From positions 7,130,001 through 7,194,000 of the forward strand of contig NC_087436.1 of the NCBI RefSeq assembly GCF_036321535.1: a DNA stretch of 64,000 bases, read 5' to 3'. The notes below the pieces were generated by a model. That model did not search any database and had not been told where the DNA came from. It saw nothing but the letters and a program-made list of their open reading frames with translations. Within the stretch, counting starts at the first letter, position 1; the number at the start of each line of letters is the position of its first letter. The stretch comes from Camelus dromedarius (taxonomy: Eukaryota). The position numbers were made by a program, and so were the translations under genes. Shown piece by piece: positions 36,752 to 49,319 of this stretch.

Positions 36752-37040
36752 CGTAGAAAACAAACTTATGGTTATTAGAGGAGGAAGAGGGTGGGAAGGG
36801 ATAAATTGGGAACTCGAGATTTGCAGATACTAACAGATAAATACAAAATAGACAAATAACAAGTTTACACTGTATAGCACAGGGAACCATATTCAGTATC
36901 TGTCGTAACTTATGGTGAAAAAGAATATGAAAATGAATACATGTATGTTCCTATATGACTGAAGCATTGTGCTGTATGCCAGAAATTGACACAACATTGT
37001 AAACTGACTATACTTCAATAAACATATATTAAAAAAAGAA
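36752..37040 (+). mobile_element. Young L1 3'UTR, 5'-truncated
   Basis: 'ctgtatagcacagggaac...gacacaacattgtaaactgactatacttcaata'; TSD-like tggaggaca on both sides. Confidence 0.9.
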
Positions 37041-37917
37041 CCTGGAGGACAAATCATTTTTTTGCTCTATGACTTTCAGTACAGTCTGCATGACTTAACT
37101 CTGCTAAAAAAATTAACTTAAAAATTAGCCAAGGAAAAAAACCCCAAGTGTGTGGCAGAAGATAATTTGTAAAATCTACAAATAATCCTGAGAGAGAACA
37201 TAAATTAAAAATAAACCCTTGATGTTCCATTTCGAGCACTTTAGCAGGAATGCACTTCCATGTCAAAAGCCAAATGCTAAATAAGTGAGGATAAACATCC
37301 TTGTAAACACTGCTGAGCTTATGCGTAAGGGAAGTCCTTCATGGACAACTAGGCAGACATATAACAACAAAAACCACACTCCTTCAATGAAACATACGGC
37401 TGAAACCAGTGTCGCAGACAGCCTAGTGGCCCAGGCTCACCTGAGCGAGGTCTCCAGTCAGAGACCTGGGGCTTGGCTGGTTACAAGCCCCCCTGAGGAG
37501 CAGAATTTCAGCCTGACAAAGTGGGTGAGTTGAACCTGGGACCCTCTCATGTTAAGCCAGGTCTTCAGTTGAAAAGATGAATTTAGAAAAGTCTGCATGC
37601 CAGCAAAGGAAACCAGCAAGAAAACCAGTCTGATCTGCTGATACTGGATTTTTTAGAAAATTCATCGCACCAATAATACTTCCTAATGTTTTGCACCACA
37701 GTGTTACTCTCCTGTGGTCCTGGGGTTAGAATTTCAGCGTGCTCCCACATCGGGAAAGCCCATGGGCAGATATTCAGTCGAAGTGGCACTCCTAGTGGGT
37801 AATGCTCTCCAGCACTTGGCAGAAATCCAGGCACTTAAGGTAGTTTTTCATCGGTGACCATATGGTATTTGTAACTGCTTCACTGTATAGTAATTTAAAG
37901 GGTTTTCCTTATGCTTT

Positions 37918-38578
37918 TGCTGACCAGGATTGGGCAGGAAAGGAGCAGGGAACTCGAGGGATCTGTCCATCCCCACCAACACTTCAGAGACAGCAGCCAG
38001 GTGTTTTGTGCATCTTATTCATAGCTCGGGGCCCCAACTGTGCATGTCTGCAGTTATTTTTAGCCCCTCATGGTTTCTTTGTATTCTGTTGTCCCAGCCT
38101 GGGCAGACCCTGCAGCAAGAGGCCCCAGGCCTCAGCCTGACTAAAAGGCGAGAAGCATATACTAACTTGACTTTAAACTGCGCAAGTTTTTCTCTAGGGC
38201 ACTTTTTCACGGACCCCTTTCCTAAGCACCTCTGTTCTAGGCACAAGAATATTAGAAGAGTCCCAGAGCCAGAGGTGAGCTTCACACCCAGCAGGGGGAA
38301 GGGGACGCTGCATTTGCGAAAAACAAGAACAACTTTGCAACAATTTGTTACCCTGTGTGTGATCTCTGTGGAAACCAGCTCTGCCCCTTAAACTCTCGAA
38401 CTTTCAGTGTGAAGCCCCCTGCCTTTACTCCCCGGCAGGCTCACGGTCTTGGATGCATCAGCCCACTGTGACCTCCTTTGCCTGCAAAGAAATAAAGCTG
38501 CCTTTTCTACATCATCCAAAATTCTGTCCCCAAGTCTCAGTTTGGTAAGTAGGGTACAGAGGCCGAATTTCAGCCACA
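37918..38578 (+). mobile_element. ERV solo LTR
   Basis: AATAAA near 38490 and a U5-like end 'gtacagaggccgaatttcagccaca'; the 5' boundary is inferred. Confidence 0.7.
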
Positions 38579-38911
38579 ATTTGGGATTCCCAAATTTAAA
38601 GTTCAACCCAATTTGAGCTTATGATAGAATCTAGCAAGTCCTCAAATATATGATGAAACAAGCCAGGTCAAGGGGAGTACAGACAGGTGATGAAGACATA
38701 GGCAGAGACTAGATAGTGAAGTTGTAAGAAAGTATATAAAGCAAGGGTGTTTAAAGTATTTAAAAGTATGTTTAAAGTGAAAAGACAGAGATAAGCACTA
38801 TCTGGTGCAGAAAGGAGACTTTATCCTAACCAGAGACTTCAGAGTAGGTCTCCTGTAAGAGGTGATGACAGCCAGGTCAGGAGGGATCATTATGAATTAT
38901 CCAGGTGAGGA

Positions 38912-39021
38912 GGGGAGGGTATAGCTCAGTGGTAGAGCATGTGCTTAGCATGCATGAGGTCCTGGGTTCAATCCCGGTACTTTCATTCAATAAATAAATC
39001 AATAAACCAAAAAAAAAAAAA
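38912..39021 (+). mobile_element. Vic-1-type SINE
   Basis: 'ggggagggtatagctcagtggtagagcatgtgcttagcatgcatgaggtcctgggttcaatccc'. Confidence 0.93.
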
Positions 39022-39039
39022 TTTTTTTTTTTGCAGGAG

Positions 39040-40870
39040 AATGAGGCAAGGCAGAGGGACCTTTGTGACTCTGCTCCTCCCCCACAGCCCCCCTCCCCCC
39101 AACAGCAGCAGAGCCCTCCACTCAGGGGGTCTCCCAGGTGAGGGAGGAGCCCAGCATCCCGGTGCAGCAGGCGGCCTCCGTGACGCCAGGGACACTGGCA
39201 GCAGCAAGACACCAACAAACCTAGAGGCACAAGTTGTAACAACAAGGGCCTCAGGGAACGCCAGTGCCAGAGGCAGGGGAGGAAGGAAAATTCCAGCTCT
39301 CAAGCCGGGACGAGAACCCCAAAACTTGTTCTGTGGTGCCACCTACCGGAAAACCAAAGCAAGGTCTCTAATTTCCAACCTGTTGAATCCTCAGAACCAA
39401 ACATAAAGGTGCTTCGAATGCACTGGCAGACAAGTAACTGACTTACCACGCACCAGGAAGAACCACAGTAACAACGTCCCACAAAAATAAACATGACAGC
39501 CCTCCAGGAACCAAACTCAAAGTCGTGGGATTTTGCACTCTCACTAATAGAGAATTGTCAAAATAGCTGTTGTGAGGAAACTCAACGAACTCCAAGACAA
39601 CTCAGCAAGGCAGTTCAGAGAGCTCAGAAATAAAATTAATGAACGGAACGAACACTTTACCAAGGACACTGAAACTCTAAAAAGAACCCTACAGAAATTC
39701 TGTTGTAAATAACTCAATGAATGATACGAAGGATGCATTAGAAAGTGTTGAAAGAAGAAATCTAGAAATTATACAAGAAGAAGAGGAAAGAAAAATAAGA
39801 TACAAAAAAAAAAAAGGCAATTCTACAAGAGCTATTTGACTCTTTTAGGAAGAGCAACACTGAGGTAATGGATACCCCAGAAAAAGAAGAGAGGCAGAAA
39901 GGAGACGTCTATACACAAAAAATAACAGCTGAGAACTTCCCAAAGCTGAGGAAGGAACCAGATATACAAGTCCATGAAGCTAAGAGAACACCTTGTTACC
40001 TCAATGCAAAAAGACCTTCTCCAAGACACACTGTACTAAAATTGTCAAAAGTTGATGACAAAGAAAGAGTTTTAAAGCCATTCAGGGGGAAAAAAATGAA
40101 GGAACCCCCTATTAGGCTATGAGCAGATTTCTCAGAAACCTTACAGTCCAGGAGGAAGTGGAATGACAGTCTCTGTTACAGTGGGACAGAAAGGACAGAG
40201 AGAGACAGCTGAACGGCAGAGTCAGAGCAATTTTTGGAAACCAACAAACTCAATCACCAGACGGACTGGAACCCACTTTTCTGTGCACAGGCTTGGTTAT
40301 TTATCCCCATGGGTGGGAGCTGATTGGTGGGTTCTTATGCAAATAAGGGGGCACTGAGAGGTAAGTTTTGATTGGTGGGTATGCTGAAAGTGAAAGGGGC
40401 GTGTCTGAAAGAGAGAGGGGCGGGGATGGGCTTTCCGGCCGATAGTTCTCACTCAGGTGCAGGGGGGGCGGCAGTTGTTATGCAGATGAGGTATGCTGAA
40501 GGGTAGATGCTGATTGGTGGGTTTTGCAGAAGGCGAAGTTGTTACTTGCGGTAGGCTGGGCTTGTCCTGAAATCCGGCAGATCGCAGACAGGATCCTGGA
40601 TCAAAACGGAAGTTGGTCGCGCCTGTCAGTCTCAAAATACTGAAAGGTAAAAACTGTCAGCCATGAATGCTCCACCCAGCGAAGTTACCATTCAGATATG
40701 AAGGAGAAATAAAGACTTTCCCAAACCAAAAGTGATGGAGTTCATCAGCACTAGACCTGCCTTAGAAAAAATGTTGAAACGAGTTCTTCTACGTGAAACA
40801 AAAATGCAAAAGTACACAAAAACACTTTATTGCATAGTAAAGGTTAAAGGGGGAAAAAGCAGGGGAAAAA
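39040..40870 (+). mobile_element. L1 5'UTR/ORF1 remnant, interrupted by an LTR
   Basis: ORF1p motifs ITAENFPKL..IQVHEAKRTP..RPSPRHTVLKLSKVDDKERVLK; resumes after the LTR with 'cacccagcgaagttaccattcagatatgaaggagaaataaagactttc'. Confidence 0.88.
40174..40628 (-). mobile_element. Young solo LTR (455 bp), CpG-retaining, 5-bp TSD
   Basis: TG...CA termini, perfect TSD gtctc/gtctc inside L1 ORF1; orientation inferred from minus-strand CCAAT and TATA-like motifs. Confidence 0.9.
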
Positions 40871-41929
40871 AAAAGAACTATAGCTAATTTTCTGGATGGT
40901 GTCTCAAACATCAGCAAGTGATGTTTGGTTTCCCCAGAATTTCCTTGTTAGCCTGACCACAGTTCTTCTGGAAGTGACCCCCTTTTTCTTTCTCCTCACA
41001 TGTCTGGAAATCCAGCCTATTTGTGATGCTCTTCCCAGGAGTACTTGGAGCTCAGGACTGAGGGAAGGAAGGCTACCGGCTTGCACATGCCTGGTTGCAG
41101 ACCCTCCCTAGAGACAGACCACTGGTGAGCGGAGAGTGTGATGCTTCTGTTGGAATTCAGTATGGGAGGTGGGGAGGAGCAAATCCTCCGCAGACATCTG
41201 CTGTCAGTGGGTAGTTGAAACGCACAGGACTGACCAGCCAACGGCTGACATTGCTGGGACCGAAGAGGCCAGTCCACAGGGGCTGTCTGAACACCAACTC
41301 TGTGGGGACAGTGTCAATAAAGGTGGCATTAAGTCATACTGAGTCTTTAACTCCAGAGTTCAAGTGGGATCTGGTGGAGGTGAAGCGGGTTCTTGGAGGG
41401 AGATGACTGGGAAGTGAGTCAGGGGGACCCACAGAGTGTGTCACGTTTCTTGGGAAATTATCTTGAGATTGGGTGGCATCAGGGCAGTGGGTAGGGTCTA
41501 GGGACGAAATAGGGTCTGGTTGGATGAAAAGACCCAGGTTGTATGTGCTCTGGGGAAGGCGGGAAAAGGCTAGCAGTGGGCATGAGAGATGGTTTACTAG
41601 GGATGTGGGATGCAGAGGCAGAAGGGGCTCTGGTGACAGAGAAACCCAGTGAAAGGGTGAGAGTGGGGAAGTAACAGGGAGGATTCTCCAGATACAGTTG
41701 AGAAAACCAGTGGTGGGGTGAAAAAAGAGAAGTGAAAGAATCGAAGGGCCCAGTGGCAAGGGGGGATCTGAGGACATAGGTGGTGAGAGCCGTCAGAAGG
41801 ATGAAAATGTGGGGGTGATGGTAGAGGGGCCTCTGGTGGCTGAGAGAAGACCATCGATGGTACTTAAAGGAGTGGTAACGGATTGCGACTTGAGGTGGTG
41901 GCAGGCTACTATGAGAAAAAGGGAAACGA

Positions 41930-42070
41930 GGGGAGGGTGTAGCTGAGCGGTAGAGCGCATGCTTAGCATGTGCAAGGTCCTGGGTTCAATCCCCAGTACC
42001 TCCGTTAAAAATAGACCTAATGACCTCCCTCCTGCCCCAATACACACACACACACGAAATAAAGAAAAAC
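41930..42070 (+). mobile_element. Vic-1-type SINE (long form) in a probable old L2 region (about 41100-42300)
   Basis: tRNA head, 'acctaatgacctcc' linker, TSD-like aaaaa.ggaaac. Confidence 0.9.
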
Positions 42071-43539
42071 GGAAACAGAAAGACAAGGGGGGTCCAAGGG
42101 GACAAGTTGAGTCTCTGGAAGTTACCCCAAGGGCTCACACAGACAGGCAGGGGCAGAGCGCTCACACTGCAGGGCTGCCAGCTGGTCATCTGGAGGGTCT
42201 GGTATGATGGCCAGGAGTAGAGTTAGAGAAAACAGAGGAGATATAGATCCCAGAGGGGAGGACACCAAGGGAGTGGCAGATCTTCCAGGACCCCGGAGGG
42301 GCAGGTCGCCTCCCGTAAGCACTGCACTGCATACCACACATCAAGCATCTGGCTGTGACCGGTAGAAAAGTTTGGTCAGGAAGCTTGCCTGGGGAGCTGT
42401 GGGAGGTGGGAGGTGGGAGGTACAAGCCACTGCCAGGGTCAGCATGGGGACAGAAAGGCCTGGCAAACCGGGGGTCAAGTTCCCCACACTTTTTACATGA
42501 CAGCCTTCACTCTCTCACTCACCCTGAGGCTTTCTTTCATATTCTCTTCCCTGAGGGGTTTCCTCAAGTCACGTCAGCCTCAGGTTACGTGAGCTGTGTT
42601 AGAAAGAGATTAAGAAAGAAAAGGGAAAGATGAATCACCTCTTCCAAAGAGAAATGAGGTCCGGGCCAACCTCAGCTTCTTTCTGGCAAGTTCTCCAAAC
42701 GAGGAACTCAGGAGCCTGGGTTGCATGTGGCGAAGGCAGAAGCGAGGATCTTGTAGGAGGCTGAGGAGAAGAGCCTTTGAAAGAGCCAGATTAGTCTCTG
42801 GGAGCCCCAGAAATGACTGTTCACATGGTAAATGACAATAAAATGGGGCTCACACTGGTCCACTGATTTATCATGTACAAAATGCTTTCACCTGCGTTAG
42901 TCCGTGTGTTCCAAAGACCCAGTCTGTGAGCAGTCAGCCTTGGGTGGCTTAGACAGGTGTCCAATGTCAGGACCAGGAAATTCTGCCTCTGAAAGTCACC
43001 AACCGTGGTCCTCCTATGCCTCATCCCACCATCCAATGGGCAAGACCCATTGTCCAGCGTCATCATCTCTGATAAGGAGGATGCACTTGGAAGGGGCTCT
43101 GAGAAAGGTACCAAGGTCTGATTTCCCATGAGCCTTTTCTCTGGTGGACCTGTCTTCTGAGAGGGACTTGCTCTAGATCTGCCATCCTCGAAGACCGTGA
43201 ACCAGGTACTTTCCGAAAAGAGACTTAATCCTTGGGGTGCTAGGGGTTGTCTAGGCAAGACCTTACTTTTTAATGCTTCACTTTTGGTCCTTTAATGGAC
43301 CTTTCAACAACACTGAAAAAAGTCAAGGCTGAAGGCTGGGACCCAGTACTCACACTGCTTTCTCTAGGCTAGCTGCCGGTGTGGATTGCTCATGAATACT
43401 ATGACTTCCTACATTAAACATAACTGCACTCTTTATTTCTTCTGTCAAATATTTCTAAGGGAGTAAAAAATATTTTCTATTTGACCATCTCTCTGAAACT
43501 CAGAGGATTTTCTGCATGTGATTCTCCACTGAATTTCTG

Positions 43540-43928
43540 TTTATTTTTATTGAGGTCTAGTTGATTTATAATGTTATATGGGTTTCAGGTGTACAATATA
43601 GTGATTCAAAATTTTTATAGATTATACTCCATTGAGAGTTATTATAAACTATTATACTCCATTGATAGTTATTATGAAATATTGGCTATATTCCCCATGC
43701 TGTCCAATATATCACTGCAGCTTATTTATTTATTTATCTTTTTTGAGGGGGGTAATTAGGTTTATTTAGGTATTTAATGGGCCGACTGGGGATTGAACCC
43801 AGGACCTCATGCATGCTAGGCACACGCCCTACCACTGAGCTATACCTTCCCCTTGAAGCTTGTTTGTTTCATACATAGTAGAGTGTACCTCTTAATTCCC
43901 TACCCCTTTCTTGCCCCTCTGCCTTCCC
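43540..43928 (-). mobile_element. L1 3'UTR fragment with an internal 30-bp tandem duplication and a nested SINE
   Basis: 'attatactccattga.agttattat' at 43621 and 43651. Confidence 0.85.
43730..43852 (-). mobile_element. Vic-1-type SINE (long form)
   Basis: TSD gcagcttatttattt / gaagcttgtttgttt. Confidence 0.9.
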
Positions 43929-45183
43929 TGTCAAAGTCACCCAAAGAAACCTGTGTGCGCTATGGCCACCTCAGGGTCATGTCTTTTCCTTGATATGTTC
44001 CAAAATCCTCCAACCAAGTCCCTACAAGCAGAGATGCAGTTTGGGTCTTGGAGATGACCAGGGAATTAGCATGCGGCCCGCCCCCGCCAGCAGGACAGTT
44101 CCTGGGCAATGCAGTCCTGCATGGCCTTCCGTGGTTGGGACCAGGATCTGAAAGGTCTCCATGTCGCTTTGACCACACCCTCCATTTCTCACCGTCTCGC
44201 CCGCTCTCCATCAGCCTGGCCAAGCTGTAGGGTCACAATTTGCATGAATCTGGGTCATGGGAACTGACTCCTGGGGTACAAGGTGCTTAGGGAAGGAGGT
44301 CAACCTGGGTCCCCCACTAGGCAGGTACTGAACACTGTAAGTCCCGTGGGCTTAAATAGAAGAGGACATGCCTCTGGACCAAGGGTAGGTTTTTCCTGAT
44401 CTCATGATGGACTAGAGAAGAAGGAGTTCCCTACGGTGGGGCCTGGGATTTGGGGTACTGTTGGGATAAAAGGATATCCTCATCCTGGGGTGGGGGTTGG
44501 CATCAAACGAGTCAATAAGGCAGAAAGGCTGGCTGAGGCCAGTTTCTTAAGCATAGTTAGGAGAGACACCTTTGCCAGCAGCTGGCACGGCTCTGCTGTT
44601 GCACGCGGATCTGTTGTCGCACAGCATCATTTTAGCCCCTCCATGGAGGGGTACTGAGTCCAGTCCTTGGGCCGAGCAAGCTAAAGCTTTAACATAACAA
44701 TAGGCAAGGACATTTTTATATATCCCAACCCTTCCCAAGACACCAAAGAACGTGTCTGTCTCATTGAAGGATGCTCCATGTCACAAGACATGGCTAGGCC
44801 CTGCTCAAGGCAGCAGACATTTGCGGAGTGAACAAAAAATACAACTCCCCTATATACTGTCTATGAGAAACTCACTTCAAACATAGTGGCATACACTGAA
44901 GAAATCAAAGAAGATATCAGAATATACCCGGAGACGAATAAAATTGGAAACACAATGATTCAAAATCCCTGAGATACAGCATAAGCTGACCTAAGAAGGA
45001 AGCTTATGGCAACGCAAAGCTACCCCAGGGCACAAGAAAAACCTCAGACAACCCAACCTCACACCTAAAGGAACCAGAAAAAGAAGAACATACAAACCCC
45101 AAAGTTAGTAGGAGGAAAGAAATCATAAAGATCAGAACAGAACTTTAATACTGAAAAATTAAGAAGGAAAATGTAAATGATTT

Positions 45184-45287
45184 TGGGGAGCGGGAGGGTA
45201 TAACTCTGTGGTCGAGCATGTGCTTAGCATGCACAAGGTTCTGGGTTCAATCCCTGGTACCTCTGCTAAAAAAATTAATTAATAAAC
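45184..45287 (+). mobile_element. Vic-1-type SINE
   Basis: tRNA head plus A/T tail. Confidence 0.9.
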
Positions 45288-46653
45288 TATTTTATCTTGA
45301 GACTTATTCTAAAAATAATAGTAATCAAGCCAGTTTGGTACAGGTAAACATAATAGCCCTAGAAGTCAATGGAATAAATTAGCAATACAAAAGTAAATCT
45401 ACACACATACAGAGAATTTTTGTGTGTGTAACAAAGTTGCTGAGGCCATTTAATGGGAAAGGGGAATTCTTCCCAACAAATGGTGCTGATTTCATATGGA
45501 AAAAAATATATACCTTGATTCCTACCTCATACCTCATGAAAAGTTAATTTGGAAAAGATCATAGACTTAAATGTTAAAGCTAAAACTGTAAGATTTCTAG
45601 GAAAAAAAAAAAAAACACCAAAAAACAGGATAAAGTCTCTGTGGCTGGGGCTTGGGCAAACATTTCTTAGGATACAAAAAAGCACAATTCTAAGAGAAAA
45701 AACAGGACTTCATCAAAATTAGAAACTTTGGCTTTTTGGAAGACACTGTTAAGAAAAATGAAAGGCAAGCCACAGACTGGGAGAAAATGTCTGTAACATG
45801 TATTCAGATGGCATGTGTAAAGAATTTGTACAACTCAGGAGAAGAGGAGAAATAAAAAACTCAATAAAAACGTGAAAAGGCTTGAACAGACCTTTTTTAA
45901 AAAAGACATGTAAATGGCCAGTAAGCATGTGAAATGATCCTTAACATCACTGGTGATCATGGAAGTGCAAATTAAAACCCCAACACAAAGCACCATGTGC
46001 CCATTAAAATGGCTAGAATTAAAATGACCAGCTACCAAGGAGCAGCCGGGGCTCTGACACTGTGGGTAGAGTGTAAACTCATACAATCACTTTGGGAAAA
46101 CATTTGGCAATTCTTAAATAGCGAAACATACACCTGTCATGTAACCCTGCTGTTACCCTTGAGAGGGTACCCAAGAAAAGGAAAATATATATTCATGCAA
46201 AGCCTCATACGTAAATGCTTCCAAAAGCTCTATTTGTAAGAGCCGTAAACTGGAGACAATCCAAATGCAAGTGAATGTATAAACAAAATGTGTTGCATTT
46301 ATATCACGGAGAGTGAAATTGCTGATGTGTAACAGTATGGATGAATCTCAAGGTAAAGATGCTGAATGAGAGAAACTTTTGTAAAAGTCCATACCACATG
46401 ATTTCATTTATAGACAATTCCACAAAAGCAGAATAATCCATAGGGACCAAAAAGTGGACCAGTGGCTGCGTGATTGACAACATGGATGGAGAGGGAGACA
46501 CTGCAAACAGACACAGGGAGAACTCTGGGGGTGATGGAATCCTTCTCATCTTGATTGCTTTTGGTTATAGACCTCTGTCAGAACACATTACATTGTACAT
46601 TTAAAATTTGGACAGTTTCTTACATGGAAATTGTACCATAAAAATGTTGTAGT

Positions 46654-46790
46654 TGGGGAGGGTACAGCTCAGTGGTACACCATGTGCTTAGCATGCATGA
46701 GGTCCTGGGTTCAACCCCTGGGACCGCCATTAAAAACACATACACACACACAAGTTGTAAAAAAATAAAATTCCTATAAACTAGCAACAA
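46654..46790 (+). mobile_element. Vic-1-type SINE
   Basis: 'ggggagggtacagctcagtggtacaccatgtgcttagcatgcatgaggtcctgggttcaacccc'. Confidence 0.9.
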
Positions 46791-47391
46791 AATCAAAAAA
46801 TGTAATGTTAACGCTGTATGGTATGTAAAATAGAAAATATAGCATCTAGGAATACATATAACATTTAAAAGTGCGCAGGGAAAATTATACAACTTTGCTA
46901 AAATATTTTAAAGAAATCCTGCGTAACGGAAAGTATATCCTGTCCATGGATGGAAAGACTCTATGTCACTGGGAGACTGAGACTTCCCACACTAATCCAT
47001 AAATCAAATTTAAAGTTTTCATTGCACCCAGCAAGCTTATTGTAATATTTCTATAGATGCTCTATAGGCTAAAAGTAGCCAAAACAAAGCTGCAGAAGCA
47101 GAAGAACAAAGTGTAATGATTTGGTACAAATCTGCAGACTTACAGAGCAGGGCTGGGCGTTGTGTGGGACCCAATAGACGAGAAGGTGGGATCTCATATT
47201 TGTGGATTATTGAAGACTGGTCTGAAGGTAACTTTTATCTGTATCGAAAACAAATTAGCTTTCTATCTCACACCGTACACAAATATAAATTTCATGTGGG
47301 TTAAAAATAAACATGAAAAACAGAACTTTAAAAATTAAAAGAAAATAGAGACTGTCGTCAGGAGATGGAAAAATTAAAAAAAAACACTCTA

Positions 47392-47534
47392 ATGAAACGG
47401 ACACGCCCTCTCTCAAATTGATAAATAAAACAGCTGCTCACCCGAGCCTCCCTGCTTTCCCTTCTGAGAGTGTACTCTGTCGCTTAATAAATCCTCGCTT
47501 TGCTTATTTGTAAAAAAAAAAAAAAAAAAAAAAA
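47392..47534 (+). mobile_element. Polyadenylated ERV LTR U3-R fragment (probable L1-mediated retrocopy)
   Basis: TATA-like gataaataaaa, R-like 'gagagtgtactct...aataaatcctcgctttgctt', poly-A 20 nt after AATAAA, no U5. Confidence 0.65.
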
Positions 47535-47782
47535 GAATACATTAAAACAACAAAAAAAATTTTTTCATCAAAAATCGCTAGTAAGAAAGTGAAAGTCACG
47601 CCACATCCTGCGAAAAGTTACTTCCAGTGCGTAAAACAGAAAGTTGGTAAAAGGTTATAAACGACTCCTAAACCCATTAAGAAAAAGATAAACTGCCCAA
47701 GAGAAAAAACGGTCAGGAAATAGGGACCAGGAATAAACAAGAGAAGAGGAATCATGAAAAGCTAATAAACATATGACCTTAT

Positions 47783-48115
47783 TCTTTTTTTCTGTTGAAG
47801 TACAGTCAGTTACAATGTTTCAATTTCTGGTGTGCAAAACAATGTCCCAGTCATGCATATACATACATATATTCGTTTCCATATTCTTTTTCATTAAAGG
47901 TTATTACAAGATTTTGAATATAGTTCCCTGTGTTATACAGAAGAAACTTAAAAAAAAAATCTATTATTATATATAGTGGCTAACATTTGTAGATCTCAAA
48001 CTCTCAAATTTATCCCTTCCCACCCCCTTTCCCTGGTAACCGTAAGATTGTTTACTATGTTTGCGAGTCTGTTTCTGTTTTGTAGATGAGGTCATAGTGT
48101 CCTTTTTTCTTCTTT
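47783..48115 (-). mobile_element. Young L1 3'UTR, 5'-truncated
   Basis: Closely similar to 20005-20330; TSD-like ttattctt on both sides. Confidence 0.92.
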
Positions 48116-49305
48116 GATGTTATTCTTAACTTTACTAGTACTGATGAGAATTAGAACTAAAACGAAGATAAGAAACCATTTTGGATCCCTCAGATTGGCG
48201 AAACTGGAAAACATCTGGGAATACTGTGTCTGTGAGGACGTGGATGCAGGAATTCTGTGCTGCTGTGAGGATTTGTATCAGTACAATACTACGAAGTGTA
48301 TGCCCTAGAGAAACTCTTACATGTACACCATGGGATATATTTAGGATTTTTTTGGTAGCATTTTTTACACTAGGAAAAAAATGGTAATATCCTAAGTAAA
48401 TTTCTACACATGCCTTCCGTCCATCTTTTAGGTTAGCTTTTTTTTTTTTATTACATTTAGAGGAGTTCTTTATACTGCATACAGGTAATGGATATAAAAA
48501 TTGTAGTGTATCAATACAAGGGAATGTAATAAATGCATTTAAAAGGAATTTAACACTACATCCCTCCACAGGAATACATGAATAAATCTCACAAATATAT
48601 TGAACAGGATACTGAATATATATTATATATATTCTATTTTTTAATTAAATATATATTCTATATTATACATATATATTCAGGATAATAACACAAGTTTAAA
48701 AATATGTAAAACAGTAACATTTAAAAAATTTATAATTTATTAAAAATTAAAAAAAATTGAAGTCTAGTTGGTTTACAATATTGTGCTAGTTTCAGGTGTA
48801 CCGCAAAGTGATTTGGTTATATATATGATTCTTTCCCATTATAGGTTATTATCAATAACATATTTTTGAGAGAATCATATGCTGATATCAAAAGTACAAG
48901 CGAAGACACAGATAGGAAATAGCCCGCTTGGTTTATTCGGGGGCGGAAGAGGCAGACGTGAGAGCAGGAATCCCCAGGGGTCTGTGTCGCACTCTGTGTC
49001 TTACTTCTGAAGCTAACTCGGGCGCCTAGCGCCTCCTTTCACTCTTTACATCTTACCTTAAGCATTGAACTGTAAACAAAACATCTGTATCTCAGAAAAG
49101 TGCATGAGTAAATATGGCTTCTCCGTCCAATTGCTCTCTTTTTAAAAAACATCTTTATTGTGGTATGATTCCTGTACAGTAAACTACACATATTTCAGGC
49201 GTACAATTTGATGAATTTTGATAGATGTCTACACCCATGAGAAACTGTTCTCTTAATAACAACGGGTTTTTTCCTCCAGCTCGGCTCCTTCTTCATGGCT
49301 CACAC

Positions 49306-49319
49306 CTGCCCTCTGGTGG
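49306..49319 (-). promoter_or_regulatory. CTCF core-motif match (CCACCAGAGGGCAG)
   Basis: Plus-strand ctgccctctggtgg fits the CCASYAGRKGGCRS consensus. Confidence 0.55.

Larger units (their letters stand above)
44835..47770 (+). mobile_element. Mosaic of old L1 ORF2/3' fragments interrupted by SINEs and an LTR retrocopy
   Basis: L1 motifs 'cctaaaggaaccagaaaaagaagaac', 'aacaaatggtgctg', 'ggacttcatcaaaattagaaacttt', 'ggaagtgcaaattaaaacc'. Confidence 0.85.

Noticed and set aside
38912..38986. tRNA-Ala(AGC)-like sequences here and at about 17 other sites as tRNA genes
   Set aside because: They have A-rich tails, often TSDs, and stem mismatches; they are SINE heads, not functional tRNAs
37930..39406. 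153-aa and 155-aa ORFs
   Set aside because: They run through LTR, SINE and L1 5'UTR sequence
43930..44830. GC-balanced stretch between L1 pieces as a possible processed pseudogene or ERV internal region
   Set aside because: The frames I translated gave no recognisable protein, and there is no poly-A or TSD; left unassigned pending BLASTX
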